A stretch of 64,000 nucleotides of DNA from an uncultured Methanosarcinales archaeon (GCA_964351975.1 CAYGPK010000001.1:10393-74392), one strand, 5' to 3'. Counted from the first letter of the stretch, positions 20,346-30,810 are shown. Made by a program: numbers and translations. Notes: a model not told the origin generated them from the letters alone.

Positions 20346-21731
20346 TTAATTTAAATTTGAAAGTAATTTCATACCTTGAAACATAATATCTTCATTGAAT
20401 TTATTTGCTAAAATTTGAAGTCCAACTGGAACTTTATCTCCACTATCTTCTATTCTATCTTTAGAAATTACTCCACCACAAATCCCTGCTAAATTTGCTG
20501 GAATTGTGAAAGCGTCGTAGGCGTACATTTGTTCTACAGTTAATTTTGTTCCAAATTTATGTGGAAGCATTGGCGTTACAGGTGTTAAAATAAAATCCAC
20601 TTCTTTGAACGCTTTATCGAACTCACTTGCAATTATTTCTTTTACTTTTAGTGCTTTTTTGTAATAAGCACCGGCAAATTCAGATTTAGAAATCTCTGCA
20701 CCACCTAAAATCCTTCTAAGTCCCTCTGAACCTATAGTATCTTCTATTTTTTCTCCATATTTCACACCATCGAATTTTCTAGTTCCAGAGTAAAATTCAG
20801 TGTATACAATAGGATAATATGCTTGAATGGCTAAATCTATATTCTTAACTGAAATCTCTTTAATTTCGTGCCCTAAAGCCCTTAATTGTGCTATTTTTTT
20901 ATCTAATAAGTTTGAAATTCTCTTATCATCTACTAACTCTTTGAATTCTTTGATAATTCCTATTTTATATTTCTTCTTTAATTCTTGTTTTGTGTAATCT
21001 GGAGCTTTCTTATCAATCATTATTGCATCATTTTTACTAAATTTAGATATTACATTCATCATAAGCTCACTACCATATAGATCTCGGGATAATGGGCCTA
21101 TTTGATCTAAACTCATAGATAAATCAATTAATCCATACCTTGAAACCCTACCATAACTAGGTTTAACACCTACAACAGCACAGTGTGAAGCTGGATTTCT
21201 AATACTTCCCCCTGTATCTGTTCCTAATGAAATATCACAAAAATCAGCAGCAATAACTGCACCTGGACCTGAAGATGAACCTCCTGGAACCCTTCCTGGA
21301 CATGCAGGGTTGTCTGTTTTGCCAAATGCGCTGTTTTCTCCACTTGATCCTGATGCGAACTCATCATTGTTTAAAACTGCAATAATAATCCCATCCTCTT
21401 GAAGAATCCTGTCAATAACGTCCGCATTAAAGCTTCCTTTGTAATTCTCAAGGGTTTTAGAGGCGCAAGAAATAGTTGAATCAGAAATAGATATATTTGA
21501 TTTAACAGCTATACACAGTCCGTATAAAGCCCCTAAGGAGTGTTTTTTAGCTCTTTTTTCATCTAATTCCTTAGCTTTTTTAAGTGCATTTTCGTTAATT
21601 TCTAGACAAATATTGTATTTTTCATCACTTTTCTTGATTTCTGCTAGAAAATCTTTGACATTTTGCTCACAAGTAAGCTTTCCAGCCTTCAAATCTGCAA
21701 TTTTTTGCTCTATATTATCATTTAAACTCAT
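20346..21731 (-). CDS. gatA: Glu/Asp-tRNA amidotransferase subunit A
   Basis: Amidase signature GGSSSG, GTDTGGSIRNPA, KPSYG, RRILGG. Confidence 0.93.
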   Translation of the reverse strand: MSLNDNIEQKIADLKAGKLTCEQNVKDFLAEIKKSDEKYNICLEINENALKKAKELDEKRAKKHSLGALYGLCIAVKSNISISDSTISCASKTLENYKGSFNADVIDRILQEDGIIIAVLNNDEFASGSSGENSAFGKTDNPACPGRVPGGSSSGPGAVIAADFCDISLGTDTGGSIRNPASHCAVVGVKPSYGRVSRYGLIDLSMSLDQIGPLSRDLYGSELMMNVISKFSKNDAIMIDKKAPDYTKQELKKKYKIGIIKEFKELVDDKRISNLLDKKIAQLRALGHEIKEISVKNIDLAIQAYYPIVYTEFYSGTRKFDGVKYGEKIEDTIGSEGLRRILGGAEISKSEFAGAYYKKALKVKEIIASEFDKAFKEVDFILTPVTPMLPHKFGTKLTVEQMYAYDAFTIPANLAGICGGVISKDRIEDSGDKVPVGLQILANKFNEDIMFQGMKLLSNLN

Positions 21732-22178
21732 AAATTAACTAAATATTTAGTTATATTTAAAGTTTATTAAATTTAAAAATAGGGTATTTATTCTCAAACT
21801 TAGTATTATCTAATTAAGTTGTTAAAATCAAGTAAAAAATAGCATAAATTCATTAAATAGATTAAAAATAAATAAACATAACCTAAAATTTGAAACTAAG
21901 CCTCAAATTTACTTTAAATTTTAAATCTAAACATAAATAGCTTAGAAATGTATATAAATGCTACAAAAATAAAAAAAAGATTGAAATAAGCTAATTTAAA
22001 GCATTTCTATTAAATTCTATATTAAAAATAAATAGAAATAAATAAACATAAGAATTTAAATTATAATTTTAATTAATATTTTATTAATATTTGTTTTTAT
22101 TAAATATAAGCTTTAAATTTACTAGAAATTTATTTAGAGAATAAAAGAATATATAAATCTTGGATAATTTAGTAAATT

Positions 22179-24554
22179 ATGAATAAATTCCTGTATCAGA
22201 TTGATAAAAAAGAGATAGAAGGAGGAATTGAGCTTAGTTTATACTATATTGATGATAAAAAAGAGAGTATTTTAGAGAAAAAGGTCATTCCTTACCAAAT
22301 ACTGGCTAAAAAAGTAGATTTTGAGAGTTTAAAGATAGAAAGTGATCAAATCTTTTTAGCAGAAAGGAATTTTAAAGACATAAATGGAGAAAATATAGTT
22401 AAAATTGAGATAAAAGATAGAGAATTGAAAGATTTTATCTTGAATTCATTAAAAGAAATCGATTCTATGCCTTATGAAGCAGATTTGCCTGTAGAACATA
22501 GATACCTTATAGATAATGAAATTGAGCTTTTAGAAGGTGATTCTGACTATATTGGATTAAAATACTTATCAGTTGATATTGAGACAATTGGAGAAAAAAA
22601 TTCACAAGAAATAGTCTTAATTAGTAGTTTTAGCCCATTTGATAAGAGTTTTAACAAGGTTTTCTGCGCTTTTGATAAAATAATAGATAAAAATAAGGCT
22701 AAATTAGAGAAATACAAAGGAAAAGAGTTTGAACTAGTTATTTGTTCTGATGAGAAAGAAATGCTTGAAAAGTTTAAAGAGTGTGTTATCAAGTCTAATT
22801 CTCAAGCAATTGTTGGTTGGAATGTGATAGATTTTGATTTTAAAGTGATTAAAGAGAGAATGGACGCATTATCTGTGCCTTATCACTTCTCTAAATATGA
22901 AGGAGAGAGTAAACTTAGAATCTTTAATGATTTTTTTAAAAATAGTACACTTACAATGCCAGGTTGTCTTGTATTTGATATTATCAATGTTTTAAAGATG
23001 AATTTTATTGATTTTGAAGATTATAAGCTTAATACTGTTGCCAAAGAAGTTTTATCTGATGAAAAAATTGATTTAGAAGATGATGGAACTGCAAGCGAGA
23101 GTATTGATGATAAAATTTCTGCCATTTCACATATGCTTGAGAAAGATCCTATAAAGTTAATTGAGTATAACTTTAAAGATTCAGTTTTGACTTCGCAAAT
23201 AATGGAAAAATTAAATTTGGTGGAACTTATCTGTAAAAGATCAATCACAACTGGAACACCACTTAGTAGAATTAAATCTCCTATTGCAACACTTGACATT
23301 ATGTATTTAAAAAAATTACACAAACAAGGGTTTGTTGCTCCTAGTAATTTTAACTATAGTGATAGCACTTCAATTGAAGGTGCTTTTGTTATTAATCCTG
23401 AAAAAGGATTTTACGATGATGTTTTTGTTTTAGATTTTAAATCATTATATCCTTCCATAATTATGACCTTTAACCTTGATCCATTCACATATTACAAAGA
23501 TGGTGATAGTGAGAGGCGAGAGGTGAGAGGCGATGAAAGTAAAAATAGAAAATTAATTGAAGCTCCGAATGGAGCTAAGTTTGTTTCTGAACCAGGAATT
23601 TTACCTGAACTAATTTTGCAATTGTACAAAGCGAGAGATGTTGCGAAATCTGAGAAAGATGATGTTAAAAGTTTTGTTCTAAAAATTACTATGAATTCTT
23701 TTTATGGAGCAGTTGCAAGTCCGAAGTCAAGATTTTACAATCACGAAATTGGAGAGGCGATAACTGGCTTTGGAAGATTCATAATTCAAAAGGCAAAAAA
23801 GTTTATTGAAGATAATGGAGAAGAAGTTATTTACGGAGATACAGATTCGATTTTTGTTAAGGCGAATAAGGAGTTTAAATCTTTTGATGAAAAAATTAAG
23901 TTTGGAAAAGAGCTAGAGATTAAAATTGATAAGTTTTTTAGCGCTTGGGTAGCAAAAGAGTTTGGAACAAAAAACTATCTGAATATTGAGTTTGAGAAGC
24001 TCTTTTCGAAGTTTTTTATTGCAACTAAGAAGAGATATGTTGGATATGATGACTTTACTAAGAAAAAGCAGTTTGTTGGGATGGAAGCTATTCGTGGAGA
24101 CTGGACAAATCTTGCCAAAGATTTTCAAATTGAAATTGTTGATTTGATTTTTTCTGGTAAAAAGAAAGAAGAGATTTCTAAATACATTTTGGATTATGTT
24201 GAGAAGCTTAAAAGTGGAGCTTTTGATTCAAAATTGATTTACACTAAAAAAATTACAAAGCCATTAAATCAGTATACGAAAATTACTCCACCTCACGTTC
24301 GCGCGGCTCGTGAAGTTGAAGGGTTCAGTGGGCGAATTGTTAAATACGTTTTAACTAAGGATGGGCCAAAACATGTGAAACTGATTGAGAAATTGCGAGA
24401 TGAGAAAGGTGATGGTGCAATTGAATACGATTACGATAATTACATTGACAAGCAGTTGAAAGGAGTAAGTGATGACTTACTTGGAGCAATTGATATCGAC
24501 TTTGATGAAGTTCTCTTCAGAAAGAAGCAAAGTAGTTTGAATAAGTTTTTTTAA
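22179..24554 (+). CDS. polB: Family B DNA polymerase with 3'-5' exonuclease and PIP box
   Basis: DIET, GWN..FD, YN.KD; DFKSLYPS, K..MNSFYG, YGDTDS; C-terminal QSSLNKFF. Confidence 0.95.
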   Translation: MNKFLYQIDKKEIEGGIELSLYYIDDKKESILEKKVIPYQILAKKVDFESLKIESDQIFLAERNFKDINGENIVKIEIKDRELKDFILNSLKEIDSMPYEADLPVEHRYLIDNEIELLEGDSDYIGLKYLSVDIETIGEKNSQEIVLISSFSPFDKSFNKVFCAFDKIIDKNKAKLEKYKGKEFELVICSDEKEMLEKFKECVIKSNSQAIVGWNVIDFDFKVIKERMDALSVPYHFSKYEGESKLRIFNDFFKNSTLTMPGCLVFDIINVLKMNFIDFEDYKLNTVAKEVLSDEKIDLEDDGTASESIDDKISAISHMLEKDPIKLIEYNFKDSVLTSQIMEKLNLVELICKRSITTGTPLSRIKSPIATLDIMYLKKLHKQGFVAPSNFNYSDSTSIEGAFVINPEKGFYDDVFVLDFKSLYPSIIMTFNLDPFTYYKDGDSERREVRGDESKNRKLIEAPNGAKFVSEPGILPELILQLYKARDVAKSEKDDVKSFVLKITMNSFYGAVASPKSRFYNHEIGEAITGFGRFIIQKAKKFIEDNGEEVIYGDTDSIFVKANKEFKSFDEKIKFGKELEIKIDKFFSAWVAKEFGTKNYLNIEFEKLFSKFFIATKKRYVGYDDFTKKKQFVGMEAIRGDWTNLAKDFQIEIVDLIFSGKKKEEISKYILDYVEKLKSGAFDSKLIYTKKITKPLNQYTKITPPHVRAAREVEGFSGRIVKYVLTKDGPKHVKLIEKLRDEKGDGAIEYDYDNYIDKQLKGVSDDLLGAIDIDFDEVLFRKKQSSLNKFF

Positions 24555-24600
24555 GTAAATAAACAAATAGTTATAAACTTTTTAAATCATTATAAATTAT

Positions 24601-24793
24601 ATGTCTCAATTTTTACAAAATAAATGGAAATTTGAAGAAATATTATTTAGAACACTTTTCCCAATTGGTTTAGCTTTAATTACATTTGGAGTTCATTTTG
24701 ATAACAATTGTGGGAATATTAAATTTTCTAATGGGTGGGGTTTATGGAATTAATTTTATTTTAACATACAGAAAAATAAATAATCTTCCTTAA
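24601..24793 (+). pseudogene. Small two-TM membrane protein interrupted by a frameshift
   Basis: Frame 1 MSQFLQ..LFPIGLALITFG; frame 2 continues FLITIVGILNFLMGGVYGINFIL..P to TAA at 24793. Confidence 0.45.
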
Positions 24794-25447
24794 TCATTCA
24801 TGCTCCTCTCTCATATAATCTCTAAAGCTATTGAATTTCTTTTCGATTAGTTTTTTGTCTCTGATTTCATGAAGTTCTTCTTTAATGTCTTTATAGTCTT
24901 TAGTTGGAATTATTTTCATGTAAAGTGATAAAATTATATCTTCGTCATATATTCCTGAGTCTTCACAACGATTCGCGAAACGTGATATTTCGAAATGCGT
25001 ATGGGCGAAATCTTCTCCTTTTGCGTTAAATCTTTTTACAAATTCTATAGTTTCTCTTGATAAAAATCCATTTGCAATTGTGTAGGCTACTTTGTTTCCA
25101 TTATAAAATTCATCTTTACCTATGTCGTGTATGTCAAGTAAATAGTTAACAAATAAATCAATTAATTCCTCAAATCTAGAGTTTATCTTTAGTTCTGTGT
25201 AATCTAATTTTTGATTTTCAATATAGGTTTGAAATAGAATTAAATCCTTTGGAGCGATTTCTACTATTTTTCCACAGTAAATATCTTTTTTCTTAGTGTA
25301 TTTGCCTCTGTTCTCGTGACCTTTACCAGTGCCGAGTTTACGAGGTTTCCTTGTTAAAGAGCGTTTATCCCTCTCATAAATTGATTCACGAATATACAAA
25401 TAACCCCTTTTATCAGGTTTCTTTAAATCCTTTTTCTCCCAAAGCAT
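24794..25447 (-). CDS. Hypothetical protein with YLYIRES...YCGK N-terminal motif
   Basis: 217 aa ORF; N-terminus resembles that of the Fic protein at 47274. Confidence 0.6.
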   Translation of the reverse strand: MLWEKKDLKKPDKRGYLYIRESIYERDKRSLTRKPRKLGTGKGHENRGKYTKKKDIYCGKIVEIAPKDLILFQTYIENQKLDYTELKINSRFEELIDLFVNYLLDIHDIGKDEFYNGNKVAYTIANGFLSRETIEFVKRFNAKGEDFAHTHFEISRFANRCEDSGIYDEDIILSLYMKIIPTKDYKDIKEELHEIRDKKLIEKKFNSFRDYMREEHE

Positions 25448-25517
25448 AATATAGAATTAACTTTATAGTATAAAAACCTTACCCACCTGAATATAAAAAA
25501 TAGTTAAAAAAGAGATA

Positions 25518-25964
25518 TTAACTATAAAATCTATCAATGAAAGGCTTTATTTTATCTTTACACTTGTTTATAGACATTATAAACTCGTAATCATCTAATT
25601 CCTCTAAAGAGACCCACTTATAATCAATGTGTTCATTACTTAGTCTAGGTTCTTCATCTTCAAATTCGTAATCATCAGAGATGAAAAGTCCAAAAATAAT
25701 TGTTTTTGAATCAATTGGAGAATTATCCTCTACTGGGTCTGAATAGAAAGCAACAGGAAAAGAATTATTTATTTTAACTTTAATTTCTTCTTCTCCCTCT
25801 CTTTTAAGAGCATCTTGTGAGTATTCACCTTCATCAACAGAACCACCAAAAAAGTCCCATAAATAAGCATTATGGGGTTTATAATTACTTCTTTTAAGAA
25901 TTAAAAGCCTTTTAGTTTCTTTGTTGTATAAAATACATTTTTGAGCAAAACAAACATTGTCCAC
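25518..25964 (-). CDS. NUDIX hydrolase
   Basis: GGSVDEGE....ALKREGEEEI Nudix box; EH..YKWV. Confidence 0.9.
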   Translation of the reverse strand: MDNVCFAQKCILYNKETKRLLILKRSNYKPHNAYLWDFFGGSVDEGEYSQDALKREGEEEIKVKINNSFPVAFYSDPVEDNSPIDSKTIIFGLFISDDYEFEDEEPRLSNEHIDYKWVSLEELDDYEFIMSINKCKDKIKPFIDRFYS

Positions 25965-26007
25965 AAAAAATAGAATAAAATTTAATATTTAAAAATAGTG
26001 TAGTAAT

Positions 26008-26478
26008 TTAAGCCACATCTAAGATTTTCTTAAGTGCGATTGAGTTAATTATTGAAAATACAATATATGTCCCAAGCCATCCCCAGCTTACAAGCCCAAA
26101 TGGTGTAAAAAACTCTCCAAAATGTGTATAATAAGTTCTAACAAAGAAAAATAATAAAAGCATCGGAAGCATAGTTATAATCATAATTTTAGGATTCATT
26201 GCATGTTTCATATTCTCAAAATTCTTTTTCATAAGTTCTCCTTGAAGCTTTTGAGCTTTTTTAGGATCTTTAGCCATCATATCTTTAGATTTCTTTTGTA
26301 AATCTTTCATATCTTTACGAAGTGCCTTAATTTTAACTTGATCTGTAAATTGCTTATTTATAATAGTTACAAACAAAGAACCAACTAAACTAATTAGATA
26401 AATATCAATAATTGGAGAAGTTGTTATAGGCAAAGCATAACCTAAAATAGTTGGAATTTGTGCTATTGTTTCATTCAT
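26008..26478 (-). CDS. DUF106 / EMC3-TMCO1 (Oxa1 superfamily) membrane protein
   Basis: TM, coiled coil, TM, GWLGTYIVFSI; ~156 aa. Confidence 0.85.
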   Translation of the reverse strand: MNETIAQIPTILGYALPITTSPIIDIYLISLVGSLFVTIINKQFTDQVKIKALRKDMKDLQKKSKDMMAKDPKKAQKLQGELMKKNFENMKHAMNPKIMIITMLPMLLLFFFVRTYYTHFGEFFTPFGLVSWGWLGTYIVFSIINSIALKKILDVA

Positions 26479-26600
26479 GATTATATTTTATATTTATTGC
26501 GATTTATAAAATTTGTTTATCTATAATAGGGAACATCTTGAATAAATCTCTACATTTTACACTTGATAACTTTATAAGTGGGCAATTCTTTATTTTTATT

Positions 26601-27314
26601 ATGAGATACTCAAGACAAGAAAAATTCCTAAGGAATTTAGAGAATTTTGATGAAAATTTTCAAGAAGATATAAAAAATAAAAGAATCATTGTTGTGGGCT
26701 GTGGAGGTGTTGGTAGCGTTTTATCCGAACTTTTAGTTCGAGGTGGATTTCTAAATTTAGTTTTAGTTGATAATGACATTATTGATGAGACAAATTTACA
26801 AAGACAAATTTTTTTTGAAGCCGATATTGGTAAAACAAAATCAAAAGCACTTAAAGATTATTTGAGAATTATAAACACTAATTCAAGAATCGAGTGTATT
26901 GTTGATATTGTTGATTATAAATACAGTGATGATATTTTTAGAAACGCAGATTTAATTTTAGATTGTACTGATAATTTTGCAGCAAGAAAATTAATTAATG
27001 ATTATTGTGAAAAAAATGGAAAAGATTGGATTTACAATGGTGCTGTTAAAACTGAAATCATGTCAGCAACTTTTTTTGGAAAGAACAAATCTTTCTCTAA
27101 AATCTTTCCAGAAGATATTGTAGATGAAAAATGCTGTGATGTTGGAGTTTTAGCATCTACTACATTTTCTGGTGCAAGTCTTGCCTATAATAAAGTTTTA
27201 AAATACTTTCTAGGAATTGAAGATAATAATTTAATTAAAATAAATTTGTGGGATAATACAATTCACGAAGTTGCTTTAAAAGTTAAAAAAGAAACTGTTA
27301 AAAAAGATAAATAA
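26601..27314 (+). CDS. ThiF/MoeB/UbaA E1-like activating enzyme (start revised to MRYSRQ)
   Basis: RYSRQ, GCGGVG, TNLQRQ, DCTDNF, C..GVL. Confidence 0.9.
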   Translation: MRYSRQEKFLRNLENFDENFQEDIKNKRIIVVGCGGVGSVLSELLVRGGFLNLVLVDNDIIDETNLQRQIFFEADIGKTKSKALKDYLRIINTNSRIECIVDIVDYKYSDDIFRNADLILDCTDNFAARKLINDYCEKNGKDWIYNGAVKTEIMSATFFGKNKSFSKIFPEDIVDEKCCDVGVLASTTFSGASLAYNKVLKYFLGIEDNNLIKINLWDNTIHEVALKVKKETVKKDK

Positions 27315-27333
27315 TATTTTAATTTAATTTAAA

Positions 27334-27924
27334 ATGAAAAGGATAATTATTGATTTTGAATTTACTGGCCTTCAAATTCTATCTGTTGAACTTTTACAAT
27401 TTACAGCCTTATTCACAGAAAATGAAAAAATTACTGATGAACTTAATGAATTAATAAAATTTGAAGAAAAATACGATAATGTTAATAATTATACAAAAGA
27501 AGGTTTAAGATTTAATAAGATAAACTCTCAAGAAGATTTAGATAAACACAATTCTAATGCTAAGGATTTAAAAGAAGTTTTAGAAATATTTTTAGAAAAA
27601 GTAAAAAACTTTTCAAATGAAAAACTAGGATTAACAGGTTGGAACAATGCGGGAGGAGATAATATAATTCTGCGAAGAATGCTTGAGAGATTGGGTTATG
27701 TTTATGATGAATATTTTGATTATCATTCAAGAGATATTATGTGTATGTTTTTACCAATATATGAATTAAAATTTAAAGAACAATTTTCTTTTCATCTAAA
27801 AGATGCGCATAAAAAATTAATTGGTACAATCGATGATACAAAATTTCACAATGCTAAATATGATTGCATTGCAACACTAGATATTGATTTATGGATTCAT
27901 AATTATTTAAAAAATATTAAATAA
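27334..27924 (+). CDS. DEDDh 3'-5' exonuclease
   Basis: DFEFTGL, GWN..GD, HNAKYD. Confidence 0.85.
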   Translation: MKRIIIDFEFTGLQILSVELLQFTALFTENEKITDELNELIKFEEKYDNVNNYTKEGLRFNKINSQEDLDKHNSNAKDLKEVLEIFLEKVKNFSNEKLGLTGWNNAGGDNIILRRMLERLGYVYDEYFDYHSRDIMCMFLPIYELKFKEQFSFHLKDAHKKLIGTIDDTKFHNAKYDCIATLDIDLWIHNYLKNIK

Positions 27925-27930
27925 TTAAAT

Positions 27931-28296
27931 TTAATTAAACCAATCACACAACCAGTACTGTTTTACATTTCTTAATGTGATTTTTTCATTAGAAGTTAAA
28001 AAAGTTCTACTTTCTACAGATTCAATATAATCCCCACAGCTTTTTCCATTAGAGTTTTCATCATAATATCTAACTTTCCAAACTCCAATAGTACTGTCCT
28101 GAACTTCATAATGAATAGGTATGGTATATATAGTTAAATTAGAATTTAAAATCTCAGGTGAATTTGATAATACTTTATCAATTGCTATTGAAATTTCAGG
28201 TTTAAATTTGGGATTTTCATAAAAATTAAAATCTTTCAAATAAGAACAAGAACCTAATAAAAAAGGAAATAATAGAGGTATCAAAGTTTTTTTCAT
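27931..28296 (-). CDS. Putative lipoprotein
   Basis: MKK + hydrophobic stretch + LLGS|C lipobox. Confidence 0.6.
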   Translation of the reverse strand: MKKTLIPLLFPFLLGSCSYLKDFNFYENPKFKPEISIAIDKVLSNSPEILNSNLTIYTIPIHYEVQDSTIGVWKVRYYDENSNGKSCGDYIESVESRTFLTSNEKITLRNVKQYWLCDWFN

Positions 28297-28327
28297 ACAA
28301 AAAAAGAGTAATTTAGCTATATAAACT

Positions 28328-29107
28328 TTATTCTTTAATTTCTAATTTTAAATTTTTTTCTTTAGCTTCTTTCATTAAATTTAATCTAAATTGATCAAAT
28401 AATTTTTGAGCAGATTTTATATCATCGTGTTTTATAACAATTGCAAATTTACCTGCAGCTACATATACAATCTGAAATTTATCATAATTTAATGGTTCTA
28501 GAGAATTTTTAATTGCAATTTTAATATCTGACATACCATCTGGCTCAATTGAAGATAAACTAAATTTTTCTTTAAATGTAACTTCTTCAGGTTTAATTCT
28601 TTCATTTATTACATTTATGAATATTTTCTTCTCTTGAGCATTTAAATTTGTAAACATATTGATTTTTTCATTATCAAGCATTACTTCATATAATGCTTCA
28701 AAAACTGTTTCATAATCTTCAAAAATTGGTTCGTAAGTTTTCTCAAATAAATCGTCTTTAGTTACGTTTAATTCTTTGGATAAATCTTGGTAAATCTTAT
28801 CTGCAAATTCCTCTTTTTTTACTTCTTCAAGTTTCTCTTTCATTACTTGAATTGGTACTCTTCTTAGAGATACATCAATTCTTTTATGGTTTTCATCAAC
28901 TCTTAGAACTTTACAAACAATAACTTTACTTTCAACAACGTGTTCTCTTAAATTTCTAATTCTTCCTGGAGCAATTTCAGAAATAGTTAAAACTCCTTCT
29001 TTCTCATATTCATCTAAACTAACAAAAACAGTATTTCCGTATATTCTTGTAACTGTACATTTTACGTTTTCATTTACTTCAGGATAACCATCTTTTGTAT
29101 AGAGCAT
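28328..29107 (-). CDS. eif2a: Translation initiation factor aIF2 alpha
   Basis: S1 domain LDEY, ISEIA.GRIRN, VCKVLRVD, IDVSLRRV. Confidence 0.93.
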   Translation of the reverse strand: MLYTKDGYPEVNENVKCTVTRIYGNTVFVSLDEYEKEGVLTISEIAPGRIRNLREHVVESKVIVCKVLRVDENHKRIDVSLRRVPIQVMKEKLEEVKKEEFADKIYQDLSKELNVTKDDLFEKTYEPIFEDYETVFEALYEVMLDNEKINMFTNLNAQEKKIFINVINERIKPEEVTFKEKFSLSSIEPDGMSDIKIAIKNSLEPLNYDKFQIVYVAAGKFAIVIKHDDIKSAQKLFDQFRLNLMKEAKEKNLKLEIKE

Positions 29108-29150
29108 ACTTATATTAATAATTGATGTTTTAAAAAGATTTGGAAGTTAA

Positions 29151-29876
29151 TCAAATTATTTCTAATCCTTCTCTTATGTATTTATCAGATTTTTTCAAGT
29201 TATTCTTAATAATTGTTTGTTCTAATAAATCTATACCTTCTTTTTTTTGCTCTGTGCTTACATTAAACAAAGACATGACTCCATCTATCTCTTTTATTGA
29301 CTTAATCTGATTAGATCCTTGAATTATAAAATTAATATGTGATTTAATTTCATATTTTCTGGCAAATTTTAAAACCTCATTTAACCTTCCTATTTCTTTT
29401 GCAACATTATAACTCTTTTGAGAAGTAAAATTTAAAGATATGAAAAAGTTAATCTCTCTATCTTTTGCTGCTCTACATAAAACTTGATTTAAACCCGTAT
29501 TGAAATGATGTATAAAATCTATTTTTGATTTAAATATAGAATTTTGTGGATCCGCTAAAAAATCAATTTGAGTCTCTTCTAAAAAAAATCTATTTATCTT
29601 ATTTAAACCCCCAAAACCTATAACTAAATTAAATTCTCTCTTTAATCCATTAACAAATCCTTGAGTATTATTATCTAATTTGTCGATAGTAACTTTAATT
29701 GCACTGTATTCTGGTTGAATTTTATTTTTTATTTCTTTAATTTTATCTAAATTATTTTTAGTTGAAATTTTATCTTTAATTATTAAATTAAAGACTGTAA
29801 TTGGTGTTAAATTCTCTTTTTTTAATTCTTTTATAGAATCTTTATAAAAATTATTAAATTCAACTAGTACAAACAT
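29151..29876 (-). CDS. RNase P protein Rpp30-like
   Basis: GG..KINR..LE, DFIHH.NTGLNQVL, KFARKY; PHP-like size. Confidence 0.7.
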   Translation of the reverse strand: MFVLVEFNNFYKDSIKELKKENLTPITVFNLIIKDKISTKNNLDKIKEIKNKIQPEYSAIKVTIDKLDNNTQGFVNGLKREFNLVIGFGGLNKINRFFLEETQIDFLADPQNSIFKSKIDFIHHFNTGLNQVLCRAAKDREINFFISLNFTSQKSYNVAKEIGRLNEVLKFARKYEIKSHINFIIQGSNQIKSIKEIDGVMSLFNVSTEQKKEGIDLLEQTIIKNNLKKSDKYIREGLEII

Positions 29877-29914
29877 AGAGATAGTTAAGAAATATTAATT
29901 TATAAGGTTAAGTT

Positions 29915-29974
29915 TATACAATAATAATTTTTTCAAAATTCTTGAGCATAAACCTTATAGCTAAGCTTTATATA
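29915..29974 (+). promoter_or_regulatory. Conserved motif (AATTTT-N3-AAAATTCTTGA) plus TATA, copy 1 (tyrA)
   Basis: AAAATTCTTGA then 21 nt then TTTATATA (29967-29974). Confidence 0.6.
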
Positions 29975-30003
29975 ATCTTTAGCTAATTTTAATATATTAT
30001 AAA

Positions 30004-30744
30004 ATGGAATTTGATGAAATTGGAATAATTGGATTTGGAAGTTTTGGACAATACCTTGCTAAGGATTTTTCAAAAATTACAAAAGTCTGTGTAACTTCTA
30101 GAACTAAAAGAATTGATATTGCAAAAGAATTAGGGGTTCAATTTGTAAGTTTAGATGAGATCTGTTCAAAGAAAATAATAATAATTTCTGTTGCAATGGA
30201 TGCTTTTGAAGAAACTTTAAATTCAATTAAAGATAAAATAAAACCTAACACTTTAGTCATTGATATGTGTTCTTTGAAAAAATTTTCTTGTGATTTAATG
30301 GAAAAAAAATTAGATAGCAATATTTCTATTGTTGGTTGTCATCCTTTATTTGGACCTAATTCTGCACCTTTAGGGTTTAAAGATAAAAATTTAGTTTTAT
30401 GTAATGTTAGATGTTTTTATTTTAATGATGTTATATCATTTTTTGAAAAATTAGAACCAAAAATTTTTATTAAAACAGCAGATGAACACGATGAAGAAAT
30501 GGCACATTCTCAAGCTTTAACACATTTTATTGGAAGAACTTTTGAGTTAATTGAAAAAAATAAAAATATTGAACTTAGAACAAAAACTTTTGATGATTTA
30601 ATGAATATTGTAAAAATTATTAATAACGACTCTGAAAGCTTATTTTATAATATGCAAAAATTAAATCCCCATAGTAAAAAAGTAAGACAGAATTTTATTT
30701 CTAGTATGAATAAATTAAATGATAAAATTGAAGATTATAAATAA
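30004..30744 (+). CDS. tyrA: Prephenate/arogenate dehydrogenase
   Basis: GFGSFG, DMCSLK, HPLFGP, EHDEEMA.SQALTHF. Confidence 0.9.
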   Translation: MEFDEIGIIGFGSFGQYLAKDFSKITKVCVTSRTKRIDIAKELGVQFVSLDEICSKKIIIISVAMDAFEETLNSIKDKIKPNTLVIDMCSLKKFSCDLMEKKLDSNISIVGCHPLFGPNSAPLGFKDKNLVLCNVRCFYFNDVISFFEKLEPKIFIKTADEHDEEMAHSQALTHFIGRTFELIEKNKNIELRTKTFDDLMNIVKIINNDSESLFYNMQKLNPHSKKVRQNFISSMNKLNDKIEDYK

Positions 30745-30747
30745 GTT

Positions 30748-30810
30748 TATATAACAACGATTTCTTTAAAAAAATTCTTGAACTTAAACTTTCTAGCTAA
30801 AGTTTATATA
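30748..30810 (+). promoter_or_regulatory. Conserved motif plus TATA, copy 2 (sRNA/lplA)
   Basis: TATATAACAAC...AAAATTCTTGAA then TTTATATA at 30803-30810, same 21-nt spacing as copy 1. Confidence 0.6.

Noticed and set aside
21732-22178. Long AT-rich gatA-polB spacer with AAATAAATAAACATAA twice (~21866, ~22036)
   Set aside because: Low complexity makes the repeat unconvincing; no further structure seen.
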